DNA of 64,000 nucleotides, taken from NCBI GenBank assembly GCA_018712435.1, contig DVGZ01000052.1, forward strand, positions 17,504 to 81,503, given 5' to 3'. The notes under the pieces were generated by a model. The model ran no database searches. It saw nothing but the letters and a program-made list of their open reading frames with translations, and was not told the origin of the DNA. The DNA is from Candidatus Caccousia avicola (GTDB lineage: Bacteria > Bacillota > Clostridia > Oscillospirales > Acutalibacteraceae). This document shows, piece after piece, positions 53,737 through 62,956 of this stretch; positions within the stretch are counted from its first letter, which is position 1; every line of letters begins with the position of its first letter. A program made the position numbers and the translations under genes.

Positions 53737-55908
53737 ATGGACGAGAAAAGAACCACCGGCCGTGTTACCATCCCTACCAACCTCGACGTTGTTCCCGAAA
53801 CCATTGAGATCCTCAAAAAATGGGGAGCCGACGCCATCCGCGACTGCGACGGCACCGAATTCCCCGAAAAGCTCACCGGTGTGGGCGCGAAAATCTACTC
53901 CACCTACTACACCACCCGCAAGGACAACGCATGGGCCAAGGCCAACCCGGACGAGGTGCAGCAGTGCTACATCATGACGGGCTTCTACACCGCCCGCGAG
54001 GGAGAGACGCTCTCCATCCCGCTCATGAAGGGCATTTCCCCCGAGCTGATGAAGGTCAACACCCACGACGACATCCGCCGCTGGTGGGAAGTGATCGACC
54101 GCACGACGGGCGAGCCCCTCTCCCCGGACGCATGGCGCTACAACGAGGAAACCGGCTGCGTGGAGATTCCCTCCCCCGCCGCGTTCCACGATTACACCGT
54201 CAGCTTTCTCGCCTATCTGATCTGGGATCCGGTCCACATGTACAACGCCGTCACCAACGACTGGAAGGACTTTGAGCACCAGATCACCTTCGACGTGCGC
54301 CAGCCCAAGACGCGCAAGTTCACCATGGAGCGCCTGCGCAAGTTCATCGCGGATCACCCCTACGTCGACGTGATTCGCTACACCACCTTCTTCCATCAGT
54401 TCACGCTGATGTTTGACGAGCTGAAGCGGGAAAAATATGTGGACTGGTACGGCTACTCCGCGAGCGTTTCCCCGTACATTCTGGAGCAGTTCGAGAAGGA
54501 GGCCGGCTACCCCTTCCGCCCCGAGTACATCATCGACCAAGGCTACTACAACAACCAGTACCGGATTCCGAGCAAGCAGTTCAAGGACTTCCAGGCCTTC
54601 CAGCGCCGCGAGGTCGCGAAGCTGGCCAAGGAAATGGTCGATATCACCCACGAGCTGGGCAAGGAAGCCATGATGTTCCTGGGCGACCACTGGATCGGCA
54701 TGGAGCCCTTCATGGACGAGTTCAAGACCATCGGTCTCGACGCTGTCGTCGGCAGTGTGGGCAACGGCTCCACGCTGCGCCTGATCAGCGATATCCCCGG
54801 TGTGAAATACACCGAGGGCCGCTTCCTGCCGTACTTCTTCCCGGACACCTTCCATGAGGGCGGCGATCCGGTCAAGGAGGGCAAGGAGAACTGGGTGACG
54901 GCCCGCCGCGCCATCCTGCGCAAGCCGATCGACCGCATCGGCTACGGCGGCTACCTCAAGCTTGCCCTGGACTTCCCGGAGTTTGTCGATTACATCGAAA
55001 GCGTCTGCAACGAGTTCCGCGAGCTGTATGAGAACATCAAGGGAACCACGCCCTACTGCATGAAGACCGTCGCGGTGCTCAACTGCTGGGGCAAGATGCG
55101 CGCCTGGGGCTGCCACATGGTGCATCACGCGCTCTACCAGAAGCAGAACTACAGCTATGCGGGCGTTATCGAAGCGCTGAGCGGCGCGCCGTTTGACGTG
55201 AAATTCATCAGCTTTGACGATATCAAGGCCGATCCCTCCATCCTCGACTCCATCGACGTTATCATCAACGTCGGAGACGGCGACACCGCCCACACCGGCG
55301 GCGTTATCTGGGAGGATCCCGCCATTTCCAGCGCCATCAAGCGCTTTATCGCGAACGGCGGCGGCTTCATCGGCGTCGGCGAGCCTGCCGGACACCAGTA
55401 TCAGGGCCATTACCTCCAGCTGGCGAACGTGATGGGCGTGGAAAAGGAAACCGGCTTCACGCTCAACTACGACAAGTACAACTGGGACGAGCATCCGGAT
55501 CACTTCATCCTCCAGGATACCACCGGCCCGGTCAACTTCGGCGAGGGCAAGAAGAACATGTTCGCGCTGGAGGGAGCGGAAATCCTGGTGCAGCGTGAGA
55601 AGGAAGTGCAGATGGCCGTCAACAGCTTCGGCGAGGGCCGCACCGTCTACATCAGCGGTCTGCCGTACAGCTTCGAAAACAGCCGCCTGCTGTACCGTTC
55701 CATTCTCTGGTCGGCGCACGACGAGGAGAATCTGCACAAGTGGTTCTCCACCAACTTTAACGTCGAGGTTCACGCCTATGTGAAGAACGGCAAGTACTGC
55801 GTGGTCAACAACACCTATGAGCCGCAGCACACCACCGTTTACAAGGGCGACGGCTCCAGCTTTGATCTGGATCTGGACGCGAACGAAATCAAGTGGTATG
55901 AAATTTAA
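53737..55908 (+). CDS. lnpA: 1,3-beta-galactosyl-N-acetylhexosamine phosphorylase (galacto-N-biose/lacto-N-biose phosphorylase, GH112), 723 aa
   Basis: N-terminus GRVTIPTNLDVVPETIEILKKWGADAIRDCDGTE, with length and internal motifs (RYTTFFHQF, FLGDHWIG, GGYLKLA) matching GLNBP as I recall it. Confidence 0.9.
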   Translation: MDEKRTTGRVTIPTNLDVVPETIEILKKWGADAIRDCDGTEFPEKLTGVGAKIYSTYYTTRKDNAWAKANPDEVQQCYIMTGFYTAREGETLSIPLMKGISPELMKVNTHDDIRRWWEVIDRTTGEPLSPDAWRYNEETGCVEIPSPAAFHDYTVSFLAYLIWDPVHMYNAVTNDWKDFEHQITFDVRQPKTRKFTMERLRKFIADHPYVDVIRYTTFFHQFTLMFDELKREKYVDWYGYSASVSPYILEQFEKEAGYPFRPEYIIDQGYYNNQYRIPSKQFKDFQAFQRREVAKLAKEMVDITHELGKEAMMFLGDHWIGMEPFMDEFKTIGLDAVVGSVGNGSTLRLISDIPGVKYTEGRFLPYFFPDTFHEGGDPVKEGKENWVTARRAILRKPIDRIGYGGYLKLALDFPEFVDYIESVCNEFRELYENIKGTTPYCMKTVAVLNCWGKMRAWGCHMVHHALYQKQNYSYAGVIEALSGAPFDVKFISFDDIKADPSILDSIDVIINVGDGDTAHTGGVIWEDPAISSAIKRFIANGGGFIGVGEPAGHQYQGHYLQLANVMGVEKETGFTLNYDKYNWDEHPDHFILQDTTGPVNFGEGKKNMFALEGAEILVQREKEVQMAVNSFGEGRTVYISGLPYSFENSRLLYRSILWSAHDEENLHKWFSTNFNVEVHAYVKNGKYCVVNNTYEPQHTTVYKGDGSSFDLDLDANEIKWYEI

Positions 55909-55921
55909 CCCTTAACACAGG

Positions 55922-55970
55922 CCTGTACCGGAAGGATTCGTCCTCCCGGTACAGGTTCTGTCATTTTAAA
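55922..55970 (+). terminator. Hairpin (partial terminator) between lnpA and the sulfatase gene
   Basis: 10-bp stem CCTGTACCGG/CCGGTACAGG, followed by TTCTGTCATTTT. Confidence 0.5.
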
Positions 55971-55981
55971 GAGAAAAGAGC

Positions 55982-57442
55982 GTGATTTTCTTGGCAGAAC
56001 GTCCCAACATCCTTTTGATCATGACCGACGAACAGCGCGGAGACTGTCTTGGCTACGCCGGGCATCCGGACGTCAAAACGCCCTATCTGGATTCGCTGGC
56101 CGCCGATGGCGTTTACTTCCCCAACGCCTGGTCCTCCTGCCCCACCTGCGTTCCGGCGCGCGCGATCCTGCACACCGGCCTGAGCCAGCGCCACACCGGA
56201 AAGGTCGGCTACCAGGACCGGGTGGACTGGAATTACGGCTGCACGATGGCGGGCGAGCTGAGCCGCGCGGGCTATTATACGCAGTGCGTGGGAAAAATGC
56301 ACGTCCATCCCCTGCGCAATTACCTGGGCTTCCACAACGTGGAGCTGCATGACGGCTATCTGCACGAATACCGGTTCGCGGGCGTGGACCACTATGAAAA
56401 TCAGCTTTTTGCGGACGATTACTTCTATTGGCTCAAAAACGAGCTGGGCGTGGAGGCCGACGTAACGGATTCCGGCATGGACTGCAACGGCTGGACCGCC
56501 CGCCCCTGGCCCTATGAGGAGAAATATCACCCCACCAACTGGGTGGCAAGCCGCACCATTGACTTCCTGCGCCGCCGGGATCCGCGCCAGCCCTTCTTCC
56601 TGATGGCCAGCTTTGTGCGTCCGCACGCTCCCTACGATGCGCCGCAGTGCTATTTCGACCTTTACAAGGACAAGCCGCTTCGCCCGCCCGTGCACGGGGA
56701 CTGGGATGACACGGAGCTGCTGGAAAAGCGCGGTATGGTGTTCAACTCCTGCACCGGCCCGCGCGATCCGGAGCTGATCCGCCAGCAGCAGATCGGCTAT
56801 TACGCCTGCATCACTCATGTGGATCACCAGATCGGGCGCATCCTTCAGGCGCTGATCGAGCACCGCCTGCTGGACAATACCGTCATTGTTTTCACCTCGG
56901 ACCACGGCGAAATGCTCTCCGACCATGGCTGGTGCCGCAAGTCCCTGCCGTACAACGGCAGCGCCCACATCCCCATGTTCATCAGCGGCCCGGAGCGCTT
57001 TATCGGCCCGCGCGGACGTGTGGAGGATTCCCTTGTGGAGCTGCGCGACGTGATGCCCACGCTGCTCGATCTGGCGGGAGCCCCGATCCCGGAGCATCTG
57101 GACGGAAAAAGCATGCTGCATCCCATCGACCGCGAATATCTCCACGGCGAGCACACCTTCTCCTTCAACCATTGGTCGAGCCAGTTCATCGTCACAAAAA
57201 CGGACAAATTCATCTGGCTCAACGAACGGAACGAGGAACAGTATTTCGATCTCGTTCACGACCCGGACGAGACGCACAACGCCATCCACGATCCCGACAA
57301 GCAGGAACGGATCGCGTATCTGCGCAATCTGCTGATCCAGGAGCTCCGGGATTCCGAGGAAGGCTATTCGGACGGAACGCGCCTGATTCCGGGCCGTACC
57401 CCGGTCAACTGTCTTTCCAACGCCACACTTCCCAACTGTTAA
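55982..57442 (+). CDS. Cys-type sulfatase, cytoplasmic (486 aa)
   Basis: GTG start. N-terminus PNILLIMTDEQRGD. Signature C-V-P-A-R-A-I-L-H-T-G. No signal peptide. Confidence 0.85.
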   Translation: MIFLAERPNILLIMTDEQRGDCLGYAGHPDVKTPYLDSLAADGVYFPNAWSSCPTCVPARAILHTGLSQRHTGKVGYQDRVDWNYGCTMAGELSRAGYYTQCVGKMHVHPLRNYLGFHNVELHDGYLHEYRFAGVDHYENQLFADDYFYWLKNELGVEADVTDSGMDCNGWTARPWPYEEKYHPTNWVASRTIDFLRRRDPRQPFFLMASFVRPHAPYDAPQCYFDLYKDKPLRPPVHGDWDDTELLEKRGMVFNSCTGPRDPELIRQQQIGYYACITHVDHQIGRILQALIEHRLLDNTVIVFTSDHGEMLSDHGWCRKSLPYNGSAHIPMFISGPERFIGPRGRVEDSLVELRDVMPTLLDLAGAPIPEHLDGKSMLHPIDREYLHGEHTFSFNHWSSQFIVTKTDKFIWLNERNEEQYFDLVHDPDETHNAIHDPDKQERIAYLRNLLIQELRDSEEGYSDGTRLIPGRTPVNCLSNATLPNC

Positions 57443-57463
57443 AGAAAGAATCCTTATCGATCG

Positions 57464-57505
57464 CCACGCAGCTGCCGAAAGGTACTGCGTGGAGATTGTT
57501 TTATA
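57464..57505 (+). terminator. Terminator-like hairpin after the sulfatase gene
   Basis: 8-bp stem CCACGCAG/CTGCGTGG, 13-nt loop, followed by AGATTGTTTTAT. Confidence 0.5.
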
Positions 57506-57557
57506 TCTGGTCATTTCATCAAAATGCGGGGAGAAATTTTTTGTGTTTTTTTAGAAG

Positions 57558-57586
57558 TTGAACAATTTGACAAAAAGTTTTATAAT
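57558..57586 (+). promoter_or_regulatory. Sigma-A-type promoter for the AraC regulator
   Basis: TTGAAC, 17 nt, TATAAT, 80 nt upstream of the ATG. Confidence 0.55.
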
Positions 57587-57665
57587 GTTTATTATGATAA
57601 AAAATGGAAATGGCTTCTGAACGAACTTTTTCACTGCGCCGGAAACGCTGCAAGGAGGTCGATTT

Positions 57666-58523
57666 ATGAATTCCACTCACTATATCATGCCCTCGCCGGA
57701 TCATGCCGTGGAGGAGTCGAGCGCAAAGCTTCTGTATGTCAGCTGTGCTCAATACAGCCAGGAATGGAATTCCACTCTGCACACCCACTCCTGCGCGGAG
57801 CTCTTCTTTGTGACCGGCGGACGCGGCCGCTTCCGCCTTCAGGAGGAAAGCTTTCCTGTGGCCGTCGGAGATTTGATCGTCGTCAACGCCAACGTTCCTC
57901 ACACCGAGCTCAGCCAGGAAGGAAGCCCTATGGAATACACCGTGCTGGGCATCGATGGGCTGGAAGTGCTGGGGGATACAGGAGGCTTCGCGCTCCTGCA
58001 TTTTGACGCCGGGTGGGAAGAAATTCAGTGGTGCCTGCGCCTGATCACACAGGAGGCGCGCCTGGGGCAAAGCGGTTATCAGGATTTCTGTCAGCATCTG
58101 CTGCAAGCCATGCTGATCCGTTTGCAGCGCCGGGACGGCTTCTCCCTCACCTCCGACGAGCCGGAACGCAAAATCAGCAAGGAATGCAGCCTGGTGCGCC
58201 GGTATATTGACAACCACTTCAAGGAAAACCTTACCCTCGATCAGCTGGCCGACGTGGCCCACATGAACAAATACTATCTGGTGCACGCGTTCCGGCGGGA
58301 ATACAACGTCTCCCCCATCAGCTATCTGATCTCCCGGCGGACACAGGAAAGCCGTTTTCTGCTTTCCAACACCGACCACACCCTTTCCCAGATCGCGCAG
58401 ATTCTCGGCTTTTCCTCTCCCAGCTACTTTTCGCAGAGCTTTCGGAGGATTGAGGGCATCAGCCCGCAGGAATACCGGAAGCTTTCACGGCTTGCCGCGG
58501 AGAATGAAAAGCCCGGCCGCTGA
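57666..58523 (+). CDS. AraC-family transcriptional regulator (cupin + HTH), 285 aa
   Basis: Cupin region (HTHSCAELFFVTGGRG) and C-terminal HTH (GFSSPSYFSQSFRRIEGISPQEYR). Confidence 0.85.
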   Translation: MNSTHYIMPSPDHAVEESSAKLLYVSCAQYSQEWNSTLHTHSCAELFFVTGGRGRFRLQEESFPVAVGDLIVVNANVPHTELSQEGSPMEYTVLGIDGLEVLGDTGGFALLHFDAGWEEIQWCLRLITQEARLGQSGYQDFCQHLLQAMLIRLQRRDGFSLTSDEPERKISKECSLVRRYIDNHFKENLTLDQLADVAHMNKYYLVHAFRREYNVSPISYLISRRTQESRFLLSNTDHTLSQIAQILGFSSPSYFSQSFRRIEGISPQEYRKLSRLAAENEKPGR

Positions 58524-58534
58524 AGGAGGCCGCC

Positions 58535-58941
58535 ATGCCCTATTCCGCATTGCGCCCCTCCAAGCCCCTGGCCGTTTCCGCTCTGTACACGGTTCATTAT
58601 TTTGAATACTCCGGCAGCTACGCCTTTCCGGGGGAATCGCACGATTTCTGGGAATTCCTCTATGTGGACAAGGGGATCCTGCGTGTGACCGCCGGCGACC
58701 ACACCTGCGATCTCACAAGCGGGCAGATGATTTTTCACGAGCCGGGCGAGTTTCATGCGCTCTCGGCTCTGGGCGTCGCGCCCATTCACTTTTCGGCAGC
58801 GAACAGCTTATCTGCGCCGCTTTGGAGGAGCTTCTGATCCGTCTGACCACCGGCATGACGCCGAGCGAGTACGCGCGCAGTGTCAAAATGCTGGCGGAGT
58901 TTCCCGGCGCTTCTGCGGACGATTGTGCAAATAATGGATAA
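58535..58941 (+). pseudogene. Remnant of a second AraC-family regulator (cupin N-terminus, internal deletion and frameshift, last about 30 codons of the HTH)
   Basis: The 100-codon ORF carries the cupin part (FWEFLYVDKG...FHEPGEFHAL). After a frame change the sequence reads ...LIRLTTGMTPSEYARSVKML...-stop, which is the extreme C-terminus of an AraC HTH. The linker and first HTH are absent. Confidence 0.6.
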
Positions 58942-59043
58942 GATCGTCTATTTTCTTTCCCGTCCCATAGGACTACAATGGAAGCAGACGAACAGGAAAA
59001 CCAACCATCCACCGACATTCTTTTTGGAGAGGAAGGATTATTT

Positions 59044-59970
59044 ATGAGCAAACCGGTTCTTGTTGTGATGGCCGCCGGCATGGGAAGCCGTTACGGAGGA
59101 CTCAAACAGATCGATCCCGTGGGAAACCACAACCAGCTGATCATTGATTATTCCATTTACGACGCACGCCGCGCCGGTTTCGAGACGGTTGTTTTCGTGA
59201 TCAAGCACGAAATTGAGGAGACGTTCAAATCCGCTATCGGCGACCGTCTGTCGAAAATCATCCATGTGGAATACGCCTATCAGGAGCTCGCGGATCTGCC
59301 CGAGGGCTACGTGATTCCGGAAGGCCGTGTGAAGCCCTGGGGCACCGCCCACGCCATTCTCGCGGCCCGCAAGGTCGTTGACGGTCCGTTCGCCGTCATC
59401 AACGCGGACGACTACTATGGCCCCGACGCATTCCGCAGCATCTATGAATATCTGGAAAACCATCCCGACCAGCCGGACTGCTACGAGTTCGCAATGGTCG
59501 CCTATCTGCTGGGCAACACCGTCACCGAGCACGGCCATGTCGCCCGCGGCGTCTGCGAGGAGGATGACAAGGGCTATCTCGTGCGCGTCACCGAGCATAC
59601 GCACATTGAAAAGGACGGCGAAAACGCCCGCTACACCGAGGACGACGGCAAGACCTGGACGAATCTGCCCGGCAGCACCATCGTTTCCATGAACCTGTGG
59701 GGCTTCACCAAGAGCTTCCTGGCCGAAGCAGAGAAGCGTTTCCCCGCTTTCCTCGATCAGGCGCTTGTGGAAAACCCGCTCAAGGGAGAATACTTCCTGC
59801 CCAGCGTGGTCACACAGCTGCTGGAAGAAGGAAAGGCGCGCGTGAAAGTTCTGCGCAGCACGGACAAATGGTACGGCGTGACCTACCGCGACGACAAGCC
59901 TGTTGTCGTGCAGGCGATTGCGGATATGACGGCAAAGGGGCTCTACCCCGACAAGCTTTGGGAGGATTGA
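59044..59970 (+). CDS. Sugar-1-phosphate nucleotidyltransferase family protein (308 aa)
   Basis: Starts MSKPVLVVMAAGMGSRYGGLKQ (G-x-G-x-R nucleotide loop) after GGAGAGGAAGG. Also KPWGTAHA and INADDYYG motifs. Ends 6 nt before nahK. Confidence 0.8.
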   Translation: MSKPVLVVMAAGMGSRYGGLKQIDPVGNHNQLIIDYSIYDARRAGFETVVFVIKHEIEETFKSAIGDRLSKIIHVEYAYQELADLPEGYVIPEGRVKPWGTAHAILAARKVVDGPFAVINADDYYGPDAFRSIYEYLENHPDQPDCYEFAMVAYLLGNTVTEHGHVARGVCEEDDKGYLVRVTEHTHIEKDGENARYTEDDGKTWTNLPGSTIVSMNLWGFTKSFLAEAEKRFPAFLDQALVENPLKGEYFLPSVVTQLLEEGKARVKVLRSTDKWYGVTYRDDKPVVVQAIADMTAKGLYPDKLWED

Positions 59971-59976
59971 AACATC

Positions 59977-61092
59977 ATGGAACAGGCGGAAAAGTATTTG
60001 CAGAACGCGCTGGACGCGTTTGACTTTGGCGGAGGCGAGGTTGTCGGCGCGGTGCGCTACGGCAAGGGACATATCAACGATACCTTCTGTGTGCACACGC
60101 AGCCGGGCGAAAACCCCTGCCGCCGCTTCATTCTCCAGCGAATCAGCGCCGGAGCTTTCCACCATCCGGAGCAGCTCATGGCAAACATCGTGGGCGTGAC
60201 CTCCTACCTGAGCAAGGAGATCGCCGCGGCGGGCGGTGATCCCACCCGTGAGACGATGCAGGTTTGCCTGACAAAGGACGGAAAGAGCTTCTATGCGGAC
60301 GAGGAGGGCGGCGCATGGCGTGTGTATCCCTTTATCGAGGACACCATCTGCCTTCAGGCCGCGGAAACGCCGGAGCTGTTTGAAGCGTCCGCGTTCGCGT
60401 TCGGCAATTTCCAGCGCATGCTCAAGGATTACCCGGCCGATACGCTGTATGAAACCATCCCGCACTTCCACGACACCGAGGACCGTCTTGCCAAGCTCAA
60501 AGCCGCTGTGGCCGCCGACGTGATGGGACGTGTGAAGGAGGTCAAGGCGGAGCTGGATTTCGTCGCTGCCCGTGAGGCCGACTGCTCCGTTGCTTTGCAG
60601 GCGCTGCGCGAAGGCAAGCTGCCCCTGCGCGTCACCCACAACGACACCAAGCTGAACAACGTGCTGATTGACCGCGAGAGCGGGCGCGGTATCTGCGTTA
60701 TCGACCTGGACACCGTCATGCCCGGCCTGTCTATCAACGATTTCGGCGATTCGATTCGTTTCGGCGCCAACCACAGCGCGGAGGACGAGAAGGATCTGTC
60801 CAAGGTAAATTTTGATCTCTCTCTTTTCAACGTTTACACACGCGGCTTCCTGGAGGGCGCGGCAGGCGCTTTGACGGATGCTGAGCTGGATTACCTCCCG
60901 TGGGGCGCAAAGCTGATGACGCTCGAATGCGGCATCCGTTTCCTGACGGATTATCTGGAAGGCGACCACTATTTCCGCACGCACCGGGAAGGCCAGAACC
61001 TCGACCGCTGCCGCACACAGTTCAAGCTGGTCTCCGACATGGAGCAGCAGTGGGATGACATGAAGGCTGTCATCGACCAGTACAGGAAATAA
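59977..61092 (+). CDS. nahK: N-acetylhexosamine 1-kinase (APH-fold), 371 aa
   Basis: GKGHINDTF, ILQRISAGAF, catalytic loop THNDTKLNNVLID and IDLDTV, as in NahK/LnpB. Confidence 0.85.
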   Translation: MEQAEKYLQNALDAFDFGGGEVVGAVRYGKGHINDTFCVHTQPGENPCRRFILQRISAGAFHHPEQLMANIVGVTSYLSKEIAAAGGDPTRETMQVCLTKDGKSFYADEEGGAWRVYPFIEDTICLQAAETPELFEASAFAFGNFQRMLKDYPADTLYETIPHFHDTEDRLAKLKAAVAADVMGRVKEVKAELDFVAAREADCSVALQALREGKLPLRVTHNDTKLNNVLIDRESGRGICVIDLDTVMPGLSINDFGDSIRFGANHSAEDEKDLSKVNFDLSLFNVYTRGFLEGAAGALTDAELDYLPWGAKLMTLECGIRFLTDYLEGDHYFRTHREGQNLDRCRTQFKLVSDMEQQWDDMKAVIDQYRK

Positions 61093-61100
61093 AAAGATGA

Positions 61101-61165
61101 GTGGGGCTCCGCCCCACACCCCGCAAGCTTTTTGAAAAAAGCTTGTGCAAAAACTTTCCGTTTTC
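61101..61165 (-). repeat. Intergenic double-hairpin repeat element, copy 2 (inverted relative to copy 1)
   Basis: Plus strand GTGGGGCTCCGCCCCAC-ACCCCG-CAAGCTTTTTGAAAAAAGCTTG-TGCAAAAACTTTC. Its reverse complement aligns with 45528-45590. Confidence 0.75.
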
Positions 61166-61191
61166 GTGTTCTTTTTCCCATCAGAAGAAAA

Positions 61192-61236
61192 TCCCCCGCA
61201 GACTGTTCCGGGAGCTTCCGGAAAGACTGCGGGGGA
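61192..61236. terminator. Bidirectional terminator between nahK and proS
   Basis: 10-bp stem TCCCCCGCAG/CTGCGGGGGA. ATTTTTAT follows on the + strand and ATTTTCTTCT on the - strand. Confidence 0.8.
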
Positions 61237-61259
61237 ATTTTTATGTTTGCTGAAAAAGA

Positions 61260-62696
61260 TTAGTACGCTTTGCCCCAGTACACCATGGATTTCGCGGGCT
61301 TGCCGCAGCAGACACAGACGTCGGAGAGCTGCTCCTGCTCAAACGGGATGCAGCGGGAAGAAACGCCCGCGTCGTCCTTCAGCTTCTGCTCGCAGGCCTC
61401 GTCGCCGCACCACATGGCCTTGATCAGGCCGGGCTTGTTGGCGGCGATGTCGATCATTTCGTCGAGCGTGCGGGCCTCATACGTCATGGACTCGCGGCGG
61501 GCCAGCGCCTTGTCGAACATCTGCTGGCGCACGATGGAAAGCTGCTCCTGAATGGCTTCCTCGAGATTGTCGAGGGAGACAAAAATCTTCTCGCGGTCGG
61601 TGCGGCGCACCAGCACGCACTGATTTTTCTCGATATCCTTGGGACCGATTTCCAGACGGAGCGGCACACCCTTCATCTCATACTGGGCAAACTTCCAGCC
61701 GGGGCTCTGCTCGCTGTCATCCAGCTTGACGCGGAAGGATTTTTTGAGACGATCCCGCAGCTCAGCGGCTTTGTCGAGCACGCCCGGCTTATGCTGGGCA
61801 ATCGGCAGAACCACAACCTGAATCGGAGCAATGGCGGGCGGCAGGACAAGGCCATTGTCGTCGCCGTGCGTCATGATGATACCGCCGATGATGCGGGTAC
61901 TCATGCCCCAGGAGGTCTGATGCGGATACTGCGGCTTGTTGTCGCGGCCCTGGAAGGTCACGTTAAAAGCACGGGCGAAGCCGTCTCCGAAATAGTGGCT
62001 GGTGCCGCTCTGAAGAGCCTTTCCGTCGTGCATCATGGCTTCAATGGTATAAGTAGCCTCCGCGCCCGCAAACTTCTCCTTGTCGGTCTTGCGGCCCTTT
62101 ACGACCGGAATGGCCAGCTGCTGCTCGCAGAAGTCGGCATAGACGCGCAGCATCTGCTCCGTCTCCTGCATGGCCTCCTCGGCCGTCTCGTGCATGGTGT
62201 GGCCCTCCTGCCAGTGGAATTCCACGCTGCGCAGGAAAGGACGCGTCGTCTTTTCCCAGCGCACCACGCTGCACCACTGGTTATACAGCTTCGGCAGATC
62301 GCGCCAGGAATGAATCACGCGGGCATAATGATCACAGAAAAGGGTCTCGGAGGTCGGACGCACACACAGGCGCTCCTCCAGCTTTTCGGAGCCGCCCATC
62401 GTCACCCACGCCACTTCAGGCGCGAAACCCTCAACGTGATCCTTCTCCTTTTGCAGAAGGCTCTCCGGGATGAACAGGGGCATCGACACATTCTCATGCC
62501 CCAGCTCTTTGAAACGGGCGTCGAGGAAATGGGTGATGTTCTCCCAGATGGCATAGCCGTATGGCTCGATGACCATGCAGCCGCGCACGCTGGAGTAATC
62601 CATCAGCTCCGCTTTTTTCACGATGTCGGTGTACCATTGGGCGAAGTCCTCCTCCATGGGAGTGATGGCTTCGACCATTTTTTTCTGTTCAGCCAT
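61260..62696 (-). CDS. proS: Proline--tRNA ligase (short, archaeal/eukaryote-like type), 478 aa
   Basis: N-terminus [38 protein letters not shown] and C-terminal Zn-binding Cys cluster (CGDEACE...CVCCG) with a terminal ...VYWGKAY. Confidence 0.95.
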   Translation of the reverse strand: MAEQKKMVEAITPMEEDFAQWYTDIVKKAELMDYSSVRGCMVIEPYGYAIWENITHFLDARFKELGHENVSMPLFIPESLLQKEKDHVEGFAPEVAWVTMGGSEKLEERLCVRPTSETLFCDHYARVIHSWRDLPKLYNQWCSVVRWEKTTRPFLRSVEFHWQEGHTMHETAEEAMQETEQMLRVYADFCEQQLAIPVVKGRKTDKEKFAGAEATYTIEAMMHDGKALQSGTSHYFGDGFARAFNVTFQGRDNKPQYPHQTSWGMSTRIIGGIIMTHGDDNGLVLPPAIAPIQVVVLPIAQHKPGVLDKAAELRDRLKKSFRVKLDDSEQSPGWKFAQYEMKGVPLRLEIGPKDIEKNQCVLVRRTDREKIFVSLDNLEEAIQEQLSIVRQQMFDKALARRESMTYEARTLDEMIDIAANKPGLIKAMWCGDEACEQKLKDDAGVSSRCIPFEQEQLSDVCVCCGKPAKSMVYWGKAY

Positions 62697-62743
62697 GAGA
62701 GTCTCTCCTCTTTATGAATTCCCCGGCAGGAGCCGGAGGATGA

Positions 62744-62938
62744 TTACTTTTCCTCGCTTTTTCCCGAGGTCACACGGTTGAGAACGGCGATCACGATCCA
62801 GATCAGGATCATCACGATCAGGATGCCAAGCATACCGAATCCCATCAGCTTGAGGGAATTGAAAACCTCCTGATCCGTCACATCCCCAAGAACGCTCTGA
62901 AAGAGCACGGACGCCGCAAAAAACAGATTGTTCATCAT
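62744..62938 (-). CDS. OadG-like small membrane subunit of a Na+-translocating decarboxylase (64 aa)
   Basis: Single TM helix with G-x-G-M-L-G-I-L-I-V pattern, resembling the gamma/delta subunits. Lies directly downstream of the beta-subunit gene. Confidence 0.55.
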   Translation of the reverse strand: MMNNLFFAASVLFQSVLGDVTDQEVFNSLKLMGFGMLGILIVMILIWIVIAVLNRVTSGKSEEK

Positions 62939-62956
62939 CGCACATCCATCCTTTCC

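Noticed and set aside
53509-55830. 773-aa minus-strand ORF opposite lnpA
   Set aside because: Antisense artefact. The GH112 assignment on the + strand is strong.
59038-61119. 693-aa minus-strand ORF opposite the nucleotidyltransferase and nahK genes
   Set aside because: Antisense artefact spanning two sense genes and their junction.
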